Shown here one piece after another: positions 19,025-26,663 of a stretch of 64,000 nt of DNA. The first letter of the stretch is position 1. Each line of letters opens with the position of its first letter. Source of the DNA: Chloroflexota bacterium (GTDB lineage: Bacteria; Chloroflexota; Anaerolineae; Anaerolineales; Anaerolineaceae); contig JAEYTI010000365.1 of NCBI GenBank assembly GCA_023434145.1, forward strand, positions 1,001-65,000, given 5' to 3'. Under the pieces are notes generated by a model. It did not search any database, was not told the DNA's origin, and saw only the letters and a program-made list of their open reading frames with translations. The position numbers were made by a program, and so were the translations under genes.

Positions 19025-19552
19025 TTATCCTCGAAGTGGTTGGGCTTGTTCATTGAGCCAGGCGGTCAGCGCCGCCACAGCCTTCTGCGTGGTTTCCATC
19101 CAGAGCATCACGTCCTGGACGGTGACGGTATCCATCTGCTGGAAGCGGCCGATCACCAAATCCAGCATTTGATCTAGACTGTCGACATGGAAGATCTGTT
19201 CGCTCTGCGGCCATTGGGCAGATAGGAAGGCACGAGCGTCCTGGGGTTTGGCGATCCAGGCTTTGCGCTCCTGCCGGTCGATCACCAGCCAGGCTTTCGC
19301 TTCGGTCTCGGAGGAACCAAGATCGACGCGGTACAGCGCCGGGTAGATGATCGGGTGCTGGATATAGGCCAGGAAGCCCTGCCACTCGCCGGTGGCGGTG
19401 GTGCGGCCGTCGGAAACCATTGCCTCATCGCCGCAAGGTTCCCACCAGGCAGCGAAGAAACGAGCTTGGCCGTTATAGCCCAGGGCCTGCTCGAGCAGCG
19501 GATCCGGTGGAACCGGGATAGACAGGGTCGCAAAGGTATCGTTGGGAAGCAT
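19025..19552 (-). CDS. Hypothetical protein (175 aa)
   Basis: Start moved to MLPNDTF (GGAGG 7 nt upstream, 19 nt after the upstream stop). Only 3 nt separate its stop from the dnaN start. Confidence 0.55.
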   Translation of the reverse strand: MLPNDTFATLSIPVPPDPLLEQALGYNGQARFFAAWWEPCGDEAMVSDGRTTATGEWQGFLAYIQHPIIYPALYRVDLGSSETEAKAWLVIDRQERKAWIAKPQDARAFLSAQWPQSEQIFHVDSLDQMLDLVIGRFQQMDTVTVQDVMLWMETTQKAVAALTAWLNEQAQPLRG

Positions 19553-19571
19553 ATGTGTTCCTCCAGGTGAA

Positions 19572-19994
19572 TTAGAAGTCATCATCGTAGTCACCGCAAC
19601 CGGGGTAGTAGCCTTCGTCATCGCCTAGGCGAGTCGAATTCTCGTACTGCTCGGTGAATGGCCCTTCGTCCGGTTCGATGTCCGGTTCCGCCCATTGGCG
19701 GTACTGCTCCGGCACACCTTCTTCAAAGATCACGTATAGGACGTACGGCCACTGCAGGGCATCCGAGTTGTGGAGCGCCCGTTCCGCCCGTTCGATCAAA
19801 TCGGTCACAAAGGCGTCGGTGACCACCTCGTCCGGTACCTGGAAGCGCTCCAGCACTTCGGCCAGATACTGCGCCAGGTTGGCGTAGGTGATTTCAAAGG
19901 CGGTCTTGTGCGGTTCGTAGCCGAGTTCGACCAGCCGGTGGAGGATTTCGTCTTTCCTGGAGGGTTCGGGGTTGACTTGCGGGTCTTGTGTCAT
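19572..19994 (-). CDS. Highly acidic 140-aa protein (candidate DNA mimic or anti-restriction protein)
   Basis: By my count ~33 Asp+Glu versus ~9 Lys+Arg. C-terminus ..GDDEGYYPGCGDYDDDF. Co-directional with radC and dnaN. Confidence 0.55.
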   Translation of the reverse strand: MTQDPQVNPEPSRKDEILHRLVELGYEPHKTAFEITYANLAQYLAEVLERFQVPDEVVTDAFVTDLIERAERALHNSDALQWPYVLYVIFEEGVPEQYRQWAEPDIEPDEGPFTEQYENSTRLGDDEGYYPGCGDYDDDF

Positions 19995-20040
19995 GGTTGT
20001 GTCGTCCTTTCGGGTGAGCTAGGGTGGTAGGAAACCTGGA

Positions 20041-20760
20041 TTATGAAAAGCCCAGGCCGCGTTCTTTGAGGCTGACCCAGTTGGGGTTGCCGATGATCAG
20101 GTGATCGAGCACCGAGATATCCAACAGCTTGCCGGATTGGACCATGGCGCGGGTGATGGCCACGTCTTCCGGGCTGGGATCCGGATCGCCGGAGGGATGG
20201 TTGTGCGCGATCACGATGGCCGCCCCATTTTGCTGGATGGCGGGTTTGAACACTTCCGCGATGCGCACGGCGGCCGAGTTGAGGCTGCCGTGATACACCT
20301 CGGTAATCTCCAGCACCCGGTGGCGGGTGTCGCAGGTGATCACCAGCAAATATTCTTGCTGGCGATACGCCATGCGCGGCACGAAAATCTCCGCCGCTGA
20401 AGAAGGGCTGTTGACCAGCGGGCGTTCATCCTCCGGTTCGAGCAGCTTGCGCCCGATCGCTAAGGAGGCTTTCAGGCGCAGCGCGGTTTGTGAGCCGACG
20501 CCTTTGACCGAAGCGATCTCGTTGACGTGCGCGCCGGCTAACTTGTGGAGCGTACCGAAACGGAAGAGCAGGCGCTCGGCGGTTTCAATTTGCTCGCTGC
20601 CGCCGATGATCACGGCCAAGAGCTCGGCTAAGTTGCAAGCATCAGCGCCAGTTGCCACCCGGTAAGCTGGTTTTTCGCGGATGGGGAGGGCTTTGACTTT
20701 CGGGGTGGAATAAGGGGTGAGTGGAGTGGTGAAGAGCGTAGGTGGGAGTGGATCGGTCAT
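20041..20760 (-). CDS. radC: RadC-like JAB/MPN domain protein
   Basis: 239 aa. HhH-like N-terminal half (..EIASVKGVGSQTALRLKA..) and the JAMM motif HNHPSGDPDPSPED. Confidence 0.85.
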   Translation of the reverse strand: MTDPLPPTLFTTPLTPYSTPKVKALPIREKPAYRVATGADACNLAELLAVIIGGSEQIETAERLLFRFGTLHKLAGAHVNEIASVKGVGSQTALRLKASLAIGRKLLEPEDERPLVNSPSSAAEIFVPRMAYRQQEYLLVITCDTRHRVLEITEVYHGSLNSAAVRIAEVFKPAIQQNGAAIVIAHNHPSGDPDPSPEDVAITRAMVQSGKLLDISVLDHLIIGNPNWVSLKERGLGFS

Positions 20761-20845
20761 GGGGTCTGTCTCCGGGGAAAAGTAGCGGGAACAGACTCCA
20801 GCCTTTTTTTTGAAGGGGAGGTCTGTCCCCTTCGGTTGGGGTGGG

Positions 20846-21352
20846 TTATGCCGTTGGATCGAAGCCTTCCGCGGCGGCTTTGGCGTAAATGTCTTTCAGA
20901 TCGTCTGCAGTCAAGATTTCATCCCGCCGGACGCCAGGATAGCCGTCTACAGGGGGAACGATCCAGGGGTTTTCTTGCCAGTTGCGGTAGATGCGCTCGA
21001 GCTTGGCCTGCAGGAAATGGTTGATCCCGCCGCTTTCGCAGCGCCAGCCTGGCTCGCGGGTGTATTTGCCATCCCAATCCGGCGCGCGGGTGGTCTTCCC
21101 GCCGCAAATGGGACAATCTGGCTGAGGGTCAGGCGCGCGCTGGCCGCCTTCGCGCAGGTACTCGCGCACCTGGTCGATGGCAGCGCAATGCGCTTCGCCG
21201 CAGCTGCATTGTTTTTGCTTGTTGACGCGATGAAGGCGGGGCCGAACTGCGAGGCCAAAATCGACCAGGTATTCGCAGCCCCAAATCACGACGCCAGTTT
21301 TATGGCTAGTTGGTGCGGTTGAAGTCGATAAATCAGGGTGGGTGGTGGTCAT
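20846..21352 (-). CDS. Cys-rich (zinc-ribbon-like) hypothetical protein (168 aa)
   Basis: Start moved to MTTTHPD (GGAGAT 6 nt upstream). Cys clusters are CSCGEAHC and CPICGG..WRCESG. Confidence 0.5.
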   Translation of the reverse strand: MTTTHPDLSTSTAPTSHKTGVVIWGCEYLVDFGLAVRPRLHRVNKQKQCSCGEAHCAAIDQVREYLREGGQRAPDPQPDCPICGGKTTRAPDWDGKYTREPGWRCESGGINHFLQAKLERIYRNWQENPWIVPPVDGYPGVRRDEILTADDLKDIYAKAAAEGFDPTA

Positions 21353-21373
21353 GTGGGATCTCCAGGTGTGGGG

Positions 21374-21400
21374 TACAAACGATTGCGTTTCGATGACGAT
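21374..21400 (-). promoter_or_regulatory. Conserved island motif, copy 2 (ATCGTCATCGAAACGCAATCGTTTGTA on the - strand)
   Basis: Lies 21 nt upstream of the start codon at 21352, the same spacing as copy 1. Confidence 0.55.
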
Positions 21401-21600
21401 CTTTGCAAACGTTGATGAACCGTCCAGGCAGTGTTTTGCCAGACAGTACACGCTGGAAGAGAAACTTCATTTCGCCACCATTCTGGCTGGCGGAGTAAGG
21501 TTTGGAGCTTGCCAGCCGGTTCTCTTACGGCGTGTCTCAACCTGTTCCCCACAAAAGCCAGGCAGTCAGGCTGCCGGGCTTTGGTCGAGAAAGGTTGGTA

Positions 21601-21831
21601 TCAGGTCGGATCTTGTAATACCTGGATGGGTTTTTCGCGGATTCGCTCAACCGCCACGTAGATACTGTCCGTTTGCGCCGGGCCTCCGTGCGTAAAAACG
21701 GTAAAGGGCTCGCCGGAAAGGGCGCGAACGCTGGCAAGTTTTCGCCCACGAACATCGATTACACTCATAATCTCAACCGGAATATCTGCTTTTCCTGTGA
21801 GCGTGTCGATCGTAACGGTGCCAATAATCAT
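21601..21831 (-). CDS. Hypothetical small protein (76 aa)
   Basis: ORF co-directional with the island. Weak GGAG upstream. No recognisable motif. Confidence 0.4.
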   Translation of the reverse strand: MIIGTVTIDTLTGKADIPVEIMSVIDVRGRKLASVRALSGEPFTVFTHGGPAQTDSIYVAVERIREKPIQVLQDPT

Positions 21832-21849
21832 GGTTCTGCTCCGGGTGGG

Positions 21850-21881
21850 CCGGTTCCTGGCAAAGAATTGCCAGGAACCGG
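21850..21881. other. Perfect 14-bp stem-loop (CCGGTTCCTGGCAA agaa TTGCCAGGAACCGG) between two small genes; function unknown
   Basis: Read directly from the sequence. No U-tract on either side, so it is not a canonical terminator. Confidence 0.5.
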
Positions 21882-21893
21882 TAAGGAAAAAGT

Positions 21894-22100
21894 CTAGTCG
21901 TTCCAGCCGCTAACACGGTCTTCGTACGCCATTTCGAGGTGGGCGTCCGGGGCCGGGTGGGGTGGAAGGGGAGAGACGGCTTCCTGTAAGAAGCTGGTCA
22001 GTGTGTCAACCAGGGCGTCATCAGTGATCGGGTCAAAACCAGTACCGAGCACTTTTTCGACCAGGGCAACGATGGTCTTTGCGATCTGATGGTTGCTCAT
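21894..22100 (-). CDS. Hypothetical acidic small protein (68 aa)
   Basis: ORF lying 10 nt downstream of ssb on the same strand. No motif recognised. Confidence 0.45.
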   Translation of the reverse strand: MSNHQIAKTIVALVEKVLGTGFDPITDDALVDTLTSFLQEAVSPLPPHPAPDAHLEMAYEDRVSGWND

Positions 22101-22110
22101 CGCTCATCCC

Positions 22111-22518
22111 TTAGAAGGGGATATCGGCATCAGGGGTGGAGCCAGGCTCGCTATCTGAGGCTCCGTTCTCACCCTTCGAGGACAGGAAACGGACAGTCGC
22201 GGCGGTAACTTCATACGACGCGCCGGCCGAGCCATCCTGGCGGTTCCAGACGCGCGGACCCCCGGTATCCGGATCGGGGGTCAGCCGGCCTTCGACGAGG
22301 ACTTTGCTACCCGACTGTAAGTGCTGGCTGCAGGTTTCGGCTAGCTTGCCCCAGGCAGTGATGCGGAACCAGGTCGTTTCTTTGACCGGCTGGCCGCTTG
22401 GGTCGTTATAGCTGCGGTTCGAGGCGACCGAGAAGTTGGTGACCGGTTGACCGGAGGGCGTGTATTTCATCTCCGGATCCTTGCCTAAATTGCCAACGAG
22501 AATGATGGTGTGAAACAT
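22111..22518 (-). CDS. ssb: Single-stranded DNA-binding protein
   Basis: 135 aa. OB-fold N-terminus MFHTIILVGNLGKDPEMKYTPSGQPVTNFSVA..WFRITAWGKLAE and the canonical acidic tail ..DADIPF. Confidence 0.9.
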   Translation of the reverse strand: MFHTIILVGNLGKDPEMKYTPSGQPVTNFSVASNRSYNDPSGQPVKETTWFRITAWGKLAETCSQHLQSGSKVLVEGRLTPDPDTGGPRVWNRQDGSAGASYEVTAATVRFLSSKGENGASDSEPGSTPDADIPF

Positions 22519-22536
22519 GGGGTATCTCCTTGTACG

Positions 22537-22572
22537 AAAAATAAAGCCCCAATCCGGAAGGGGAGAGGGGCT
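22537..22572 (-). terminator. Intrinsic terminator after the SWIM-Rad52 gene
   Basis: On the - strand: AGCCCC, a 16-nt loop, GGGGCT, then TTATTTTT. Confidence 0.45.
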
Positions 22573-22599
22573 GGTGATCCGATGGGCGGAATGCCTGGT

Positions 22600-23706
22600 T
22601 TAGGCGGCTGTGGTTTGGGTGCGCATCCAATCTCGCAGAACATCCCGGCTTTGGGGAGCCTGCCCTTTGGACTTGAGGAAAGTATCGAAGGCGGTGCGTT
22701 CGCTTTCATTGCCATTTACCTTCGTTCCATCTTGATAAATCCGTTCAGCAGGTGGATTGGCTTTGGCAGCCGAAGGCACATTTGCTTTGCCGTTGGCCTT
22801 GTTTTTTGATTCTGAACCAGTGGCGCTTGCGCTGCGAGAAGAGGCATTGGCGGAACTGCCAGCCCCGTTACCATTGGAGCCGGTCCCAGCCGTTGCAGCG
22901 ATCTCTTTATCGTAAAGGCTCAAGCCGAACTGCTCACCCAACTGGCGGAAGCAGCGCTTCAAACAGTCGGTGACGCAGCCGGCAAGGGCCATGTCCAGCG
23001 CCTCTGGCGTATCGCCGGTAAACATGCAGCGGCCAAGATCCGAGTGGGTGTAGTTCTGTCCATCCAGGGTAATCTGGACAGAGCCAGTGATGTACACCAT
23101 CCCGACCTCCTCCAATTGCGGCTGTCCCTGCAGGTCAAGTGCAGGCACTTTCTTGCGCTGTTGAGCATCCCAGATCAGGATGCGGCGGTTCCAGCGCACA
23201 ATCTGCGGCTCGCTCAGCAGGTTATAGGACCAGCAGTAAGAGAAGATGCGGTTGGCAGTCTCGATGACATCGTAGCCTTCGAGATATGGAACTGTGCCTG
23301 AACCGGGTGCCTGGCGGCGTTTCACCCGCGTCATATCCAGTGGTTGGCGCAGATTGCTCAGAATGTGTTCGAAGTCGGGAGAATTCAGAGATGGGTTCAT
23401 AGTAAATTGCTCCGGTGGTTGCGTTGAATTGGTCTGGTCAATTTCCGCAATGCGCACGGCTTCCACATGTTTACATCGCAGCTCGTGGCCGTGCTTTTGA
23501 AAATCTGGGCAGGTGCAGGACCAGGTGGTATCCAGCAGTTGGACGGCATAGGGCGGTTTTTCCCCGTTTTGAACCGACCACTGAGTGGGTCCAATGCGCT
23601 GGACGGCGAACTGATGTCCGTTCAGGCCTTGCCAGGCTCGTATAGTGCGCTGATTCTGTGCGTCTGCGGGGTCGAGGGTATCAATGTAGGCGGCCAGGGA
23701 TACCAT
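22600..23706 (-). CDS. SWIM zinc finger fused to a Rad52/22-family single-strand annealing protein
   Basis: 368 aa. SWIM motif WSCTCPDFQKHGHELRCKH (CxC..CxH). Rad52-like block ..VPYLEGYDVIETANRIFSYCWSY... Low-complexity Ser/Ala/Gly tail. Confidence 0.7.
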   Translation of the reverse strand: MVSLAAYIDTLDPADAQNQRTIRAWQGLNGHQFAVQRIGPTQWSVQNGEKPPYAVQLLDTTWSCTCPDFQKHGHELRCKHVEAVRIAEIDQTNSTQPPEQFTMNPSLNSPDFEHILSNLRQPLDMTRVKRRQAPGSGTVPYLEGYDVIETANRIFSYCWSYNLLSEPQIVRWNRRILIWDAQQRKKVPALDLQGQPQLEEVGMVYITGSVQITLDGQNYTHSDLGRCMFTGDTPEALDMALAGCVTDCLKRCFRQLGEQFGLSLYDKEIAATAGTGSNGNGAGSSANASSRSASATGSESKNKANGKANVPSAAKANPPAERIYQDGTKVNGNESERTAFDTFLKSKGQAPQSRDVLRDWMRTQTTAA

Positions 23707-23715
23707 GCTGGTCCC

Positions 23716-23841
23716 TTACAGGTAACGTTTGAGCCGTTGCTCGTACTTGTATTGAGGCGTTTGGGAGTAAATCAAGGCGGCCAGATTGCGCAGCATCAGA
23801 GCGGCGGTGATCAGGCCAATCAGGATTGCGAGAGCTGTCAT
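23716..23841 (-). CDS. Small single-TM protein (41 aa)
   Basis: Start moved to MTALAILIGLITAALML.. (GGAGGA upstream). Motif copy 3 lies just 5' of it. Confidence 0.4.
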   Translation of the reverse strand: MTALAILIGLITAALMLRNLAALIYSQTPQYKYEQRLKRYL

Positions 23842-23864
23842 AGGTGTGATCCTCCGGGTGGTCA

Positions 23865-23893
23865 GAAAGACGATTTGAGTTTCGGAAACGATG
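23865..23893 (-). promoter_or_regulatory. Conserved island motif, degenerate copy 3 (CATCGTTTCCGAAACTCAAATCGTCTTTC on the - strand)
   Basis: Shares the blocks ATCGT, TC(C)GAAAC and CAA(A)TCGT with copies 1 and 2. Lies 23 nt upstream of the start at 23841. Confidence 0.4.
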
Positions 23894-24235
23894 GACGACG
23901 TAGTACAACTACCCTCGCTCACTTCGTGGCAGGGCAGCATACGCGGAATGCGAATGCTTTTTCGCGTTCCGAATATGCCGCTCTACTGGAGCGGCAATGA
24001 GTGATTATCTTGTGTGGGATATGAACCAAGGCGTTTCCACACCCGGGTTGTTTATTAAGGTGCTGGAATCAAAAAAGGAGGATCACCCGGTTCCATTAGA
24101 ACGCGAAGTTCTAAAAGCGCCGGCCAGCCGGCCGATATGGCAAGCTGTTTCGGGTGATCCTCCTGGTGAATGCCCACGATGTCAGGGGGAGATCGCGAGC
24201 GGTGGTATGATGTGATATAGGAGCTGAATAGTCGA

Positions 24236-24700
24236 TTAACCAGCCGTGGTAAGAACCTCCTCTTCGCTTTCTTTTCGCCGGGTGGTGGAACCTGGCGCTC
24301 TGCGTGGCGTCTCGATCATCAAGATGCGCTGGACCAGGATCTCGATGACGTTGCGGCCAATGCATACGTCTTTTCCCGCGCCGCCCTTGACTTCAACGGT
24401 GATATCGCCATTGATCCGGCTTTGCCGGCGCGATTTATCGAGGAATTCGTCCAGCGATTCTTCAAATTCTCGGCTTTGCAACAAACCATGTACCCGCAGG
24501 TGCTGGCCTTTCTGGATAACCAGCGGGCTGCGGGCGCCTTTGGTAATCCTGGCATTGATGTAATCAGCCGCATCTCGTTCTTCATTGAGCAATTTTCCGG
24601 GTAGGTCAGGATCCCGGTATGACGCCAGGCGGAAAAACAGGTCATCGGAAAAGGTCCAGGTGTTGATTACCACACCTTCTAAAATCACTTCATTGATCAC
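24236..24700 (-). CDS. Possible OB-fold (SSB-like) protein (154 aa)
   Basis: Start moved to a GTG (AAGGAG 6 nt upstream), giving MINEVILEGVVINTWTF..FFRLASYRD. The upstream part of the track ORF is AT-rich promoter DNA. Confidence 0.5.
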   Translation of the reverse strand: MINEVILEGVVINTWTFSDDLFFRLASYRDPDLPGKLLNEERDAADYINARITKGARSPLVIQKGQHLRVHGLLQSREFEESLDEFLDKSRRQSRINGDITVEVKGGAGKDVCIGRNVIEILVQRILMIETPRRAPGSTTRRKESEEEVLTTAG

Positions 24701-24811
24701 AGACTGCTCCTTGTAGGTTAAAACAGAAAAGCCAGGAACGGCCTCTTGGAGGCGCGCTGCTGGCTCACGATTGGTTGGAAAACGGTAATATTCTATTTGA
24801 TTGTTGTTATG

Positions 24812-24840
24812 AATATAGCACAGTCCGAATCGAGTGTCAA
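24812..24840 (-). promoter_or_regulatory. Sigma70-type promoter for the OB-fold gene and the island operon
   Basis: On the - strand: TTGACA, a 17-nt spacer, then TATATT. It lies ~105 nt upstream of the GTG at 24700. Confidence 0.55.
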
Positions 24841-24845
24841 TAAGC

Positions 24846-26121
24846 AATTAACTGATGTTCGGACAAGAGTTCGGACAAAAAGGGGGGAAGACAAGAACCT
24901 CCTAACTCGATAAACTCAAGTCACCACAACCGAGATCGAGGAAGGAGGCTCTCATGCATAATTGTATCCAACTTTCAGACATGTTAGCGTATGTATTGGA
25001 TCGGGACGACTGGATTGCCAAAGCCGAGCGGATCGTGCGTGGGCTGTTGGAAGCGCGCAGTGCGCGGCTGTCAGCGATTGCGGAGAAGATGGCAGGACTG
25101 CCGGAGACGAATTACAAAATGCTGCAACGCTTTTTGGGGAAGGTGGATCTAAAAGCGAGCTTGGGACGCTTGTTTCAAGCAGATGCCGAGTTTGTGATTG
25201 GAGATCCGACTGAAATGCCGCGACCTCAGGCGAAAAAGACTGCCTACGTGGGGCACCTGTCGGATGGGGAGACACTCGGCTACTGGCTCTTGGTGCTGGC
25301 AACGCCGTTTCGAGGCCGTGCGATCCCTTTTCACTTCATCAGTTATTCGTCCAAAACCATCGCCGATCAAGCCACCTCCCGCAACCAGGAACATATGCGG
25401 GCCTTTGCTGGCATCAAAGCCTGGTTGGGCGAACGACCGTTAGTGTTGGATCGGGAGTTTAGCTACCTGGAACTGCTGCATGCCTTGGTGGCCGAACAGG
25501 TGCACTTCGTTATTCGCCTGAAAGTCGGTCTTCCCCAAGTGACCCTGACGGACGAAAACGGCCAGCCGATTAAACTGACCATCCAACCTGGGCAGAAGGT
25601 GATCGTTCGGCAGGTGCGCTATAAAGGCGTCGTACCCGTCCAGCTGATTGGCTTCTGGCGCGTCGGCTTGTCCGCCCCCATGTGGATTATGACCGACCTG
25701 GAACCCGAGCGCGGCCTTTCCATTTATCTCAAACGCATGAAAATCGAGCAGTCTTTCCGCGACTGCAAGGACTTGCTGGGGTTGGATCGCAGCATGAACA
25801 AACAACAGGCGCACATGGAGCAGATGGTCGCCCTGGTGCTGCTCGCTTATGTCCTGGCCCTCTTCTGGGGTGAAGCCTTGCGCGATATCACCTATGGGGA
25901 GGTTGCCCCGGAGGCGATTACACCCCAGTCCTTCTTTGCCTATCCCCGTTCGGTCCCTGACCGCTCCAAATGGAAACACTATTCGGGTTTGTTTGTCCTG
26001 CTCAAGCAGCGTTTGCGCATCCCCCTGGATCTACTCCAGCGCCTCCACCAACCCGTTGTCCAAGCCTTTGCCCTCCTCGTATATGGCAATGTCCGATCTT
26101 TTGTCTGAACACCAGGCAATT
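24846..26121 (+). mobile_element. IS4-family insertion sequence (~1.28 kb)
   Basis: Imperfect 21-bp terminal inverted repeats, AATTAACTGATGTTCGGACAA (24846-24866) versus the reverse complement of 26101-26121, AATTGCCTGGTGTTCAGACAA (17/21 match). The element holds a single DDE transposase ORF. Confidence 0.65.
24954..26108 (+). CDS. IS4-family DDE transposase
   Basis: 384 aa. The Y(2)R(3)E(6)K signature is YLKRMKIEQSFRDCK. GGAGG RBS. Confidence 0.8.
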   Translation: MHNCIQLSDMLAYVLDRDDWIAKAERIVRGLLEARSARLSAIAEKMAGLPETNYKMLQRFLGKVDLKASLGRLFQADAEFVIGDPTEMPRPQAKKTAYVGHLSDGETLGYWLLVLATPFRGRAIPFHFISYSSKTIADQATSRNQEHMRAFAGIKAWLGERPLVLDREFSYLELLHALVAEQVHFVIRLKVGLPQVTLTDENGQPIKLTIQPGQKVIVRQVRYKGVVPVQLIGFWRVGLSAPMWIMTDLEPERGLSIYLKRMKIEQSFRDCKDLLGLDRSMNKQQAHMEQMVALVLLAYVLALFWGEALRDITYGEVAPEAITPQSFFAYPRSVPDRSKWKHYSGLFVLLKQRLRIPLDLLQRLHQPVVQAFALLVYGNVRSFV

Positions 26122-26663
26122 AATAAATGATATAAATTTTTTGTGGGTTCGAAAATTTGCTGGCAATAAAGAACCTATAAAAGCGATTTAGTTCCTTTGA
26201 CCCCTTTAGAGCGCCTCTTCATGGATAATGTACTCCTTTTCGTCACTTTTACCTCCCGCTACATCAATTTCAGAAGTTGCGCATCCGTTTAAATTATTTG
26301 TTAATTACAAAGATTGATTAAAGTAATTGTAACCAAAGCCGAGGATAGAGATAATCGATACATATACCTCTCAAATACGATAATGAAATTAATCAATATC
26401 TATAAAGACACACTGAACCTATTAATTGGAAGGCCCTCCCCGGGCTACTTTTCTAGTACATATGGGGTTGCAAGGCTTGTTTTGTCCCATATTTATGGGC
26501 TTTCTCGTGCAATAATTACACGATTTTCATTATGTGCACGCATATCGCACGACAATTGCACGACGTAAATTGGGTGCGAGGCGGGTTTCCAGCGGCTGCA
26601 CTGCATCTGACGTAAGGGATCGGTCCTTAAAGCTGTAAGAATTTAAGTCTAGCATTTTTCATA

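Noticed and set aside
20804-20833. T8 run followed by the 8-bp hairpin GAAGGGGA ggtctg TCCCCTTC between radC and the Cys-rich gene
   Set aside because: The orientation is wrong for an intrinsic terminator in either direction. The T-run precedes the stem on the + strand, and an A-run follows it on the - strand where the genes lie. I kept it only as an observation.
26143-26157. GTGGGTTCGAAAATT, resembling a tRNA T-arm, just outside the IS4 right end (a possible tRNA or att remnant)
   Set aside because: No acceptor-stem or anticodon-arm complementarity can be built around it. It is an isolated short match in AT-rich DNA.
26314-26568. 84-aa ORF in the AT-rich gap after the IS4 element
   Set aside because: It has no RBS and its composition simply reflects AT-rich DNA. 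It has no motif and is probably non-coding or decayed sequence.
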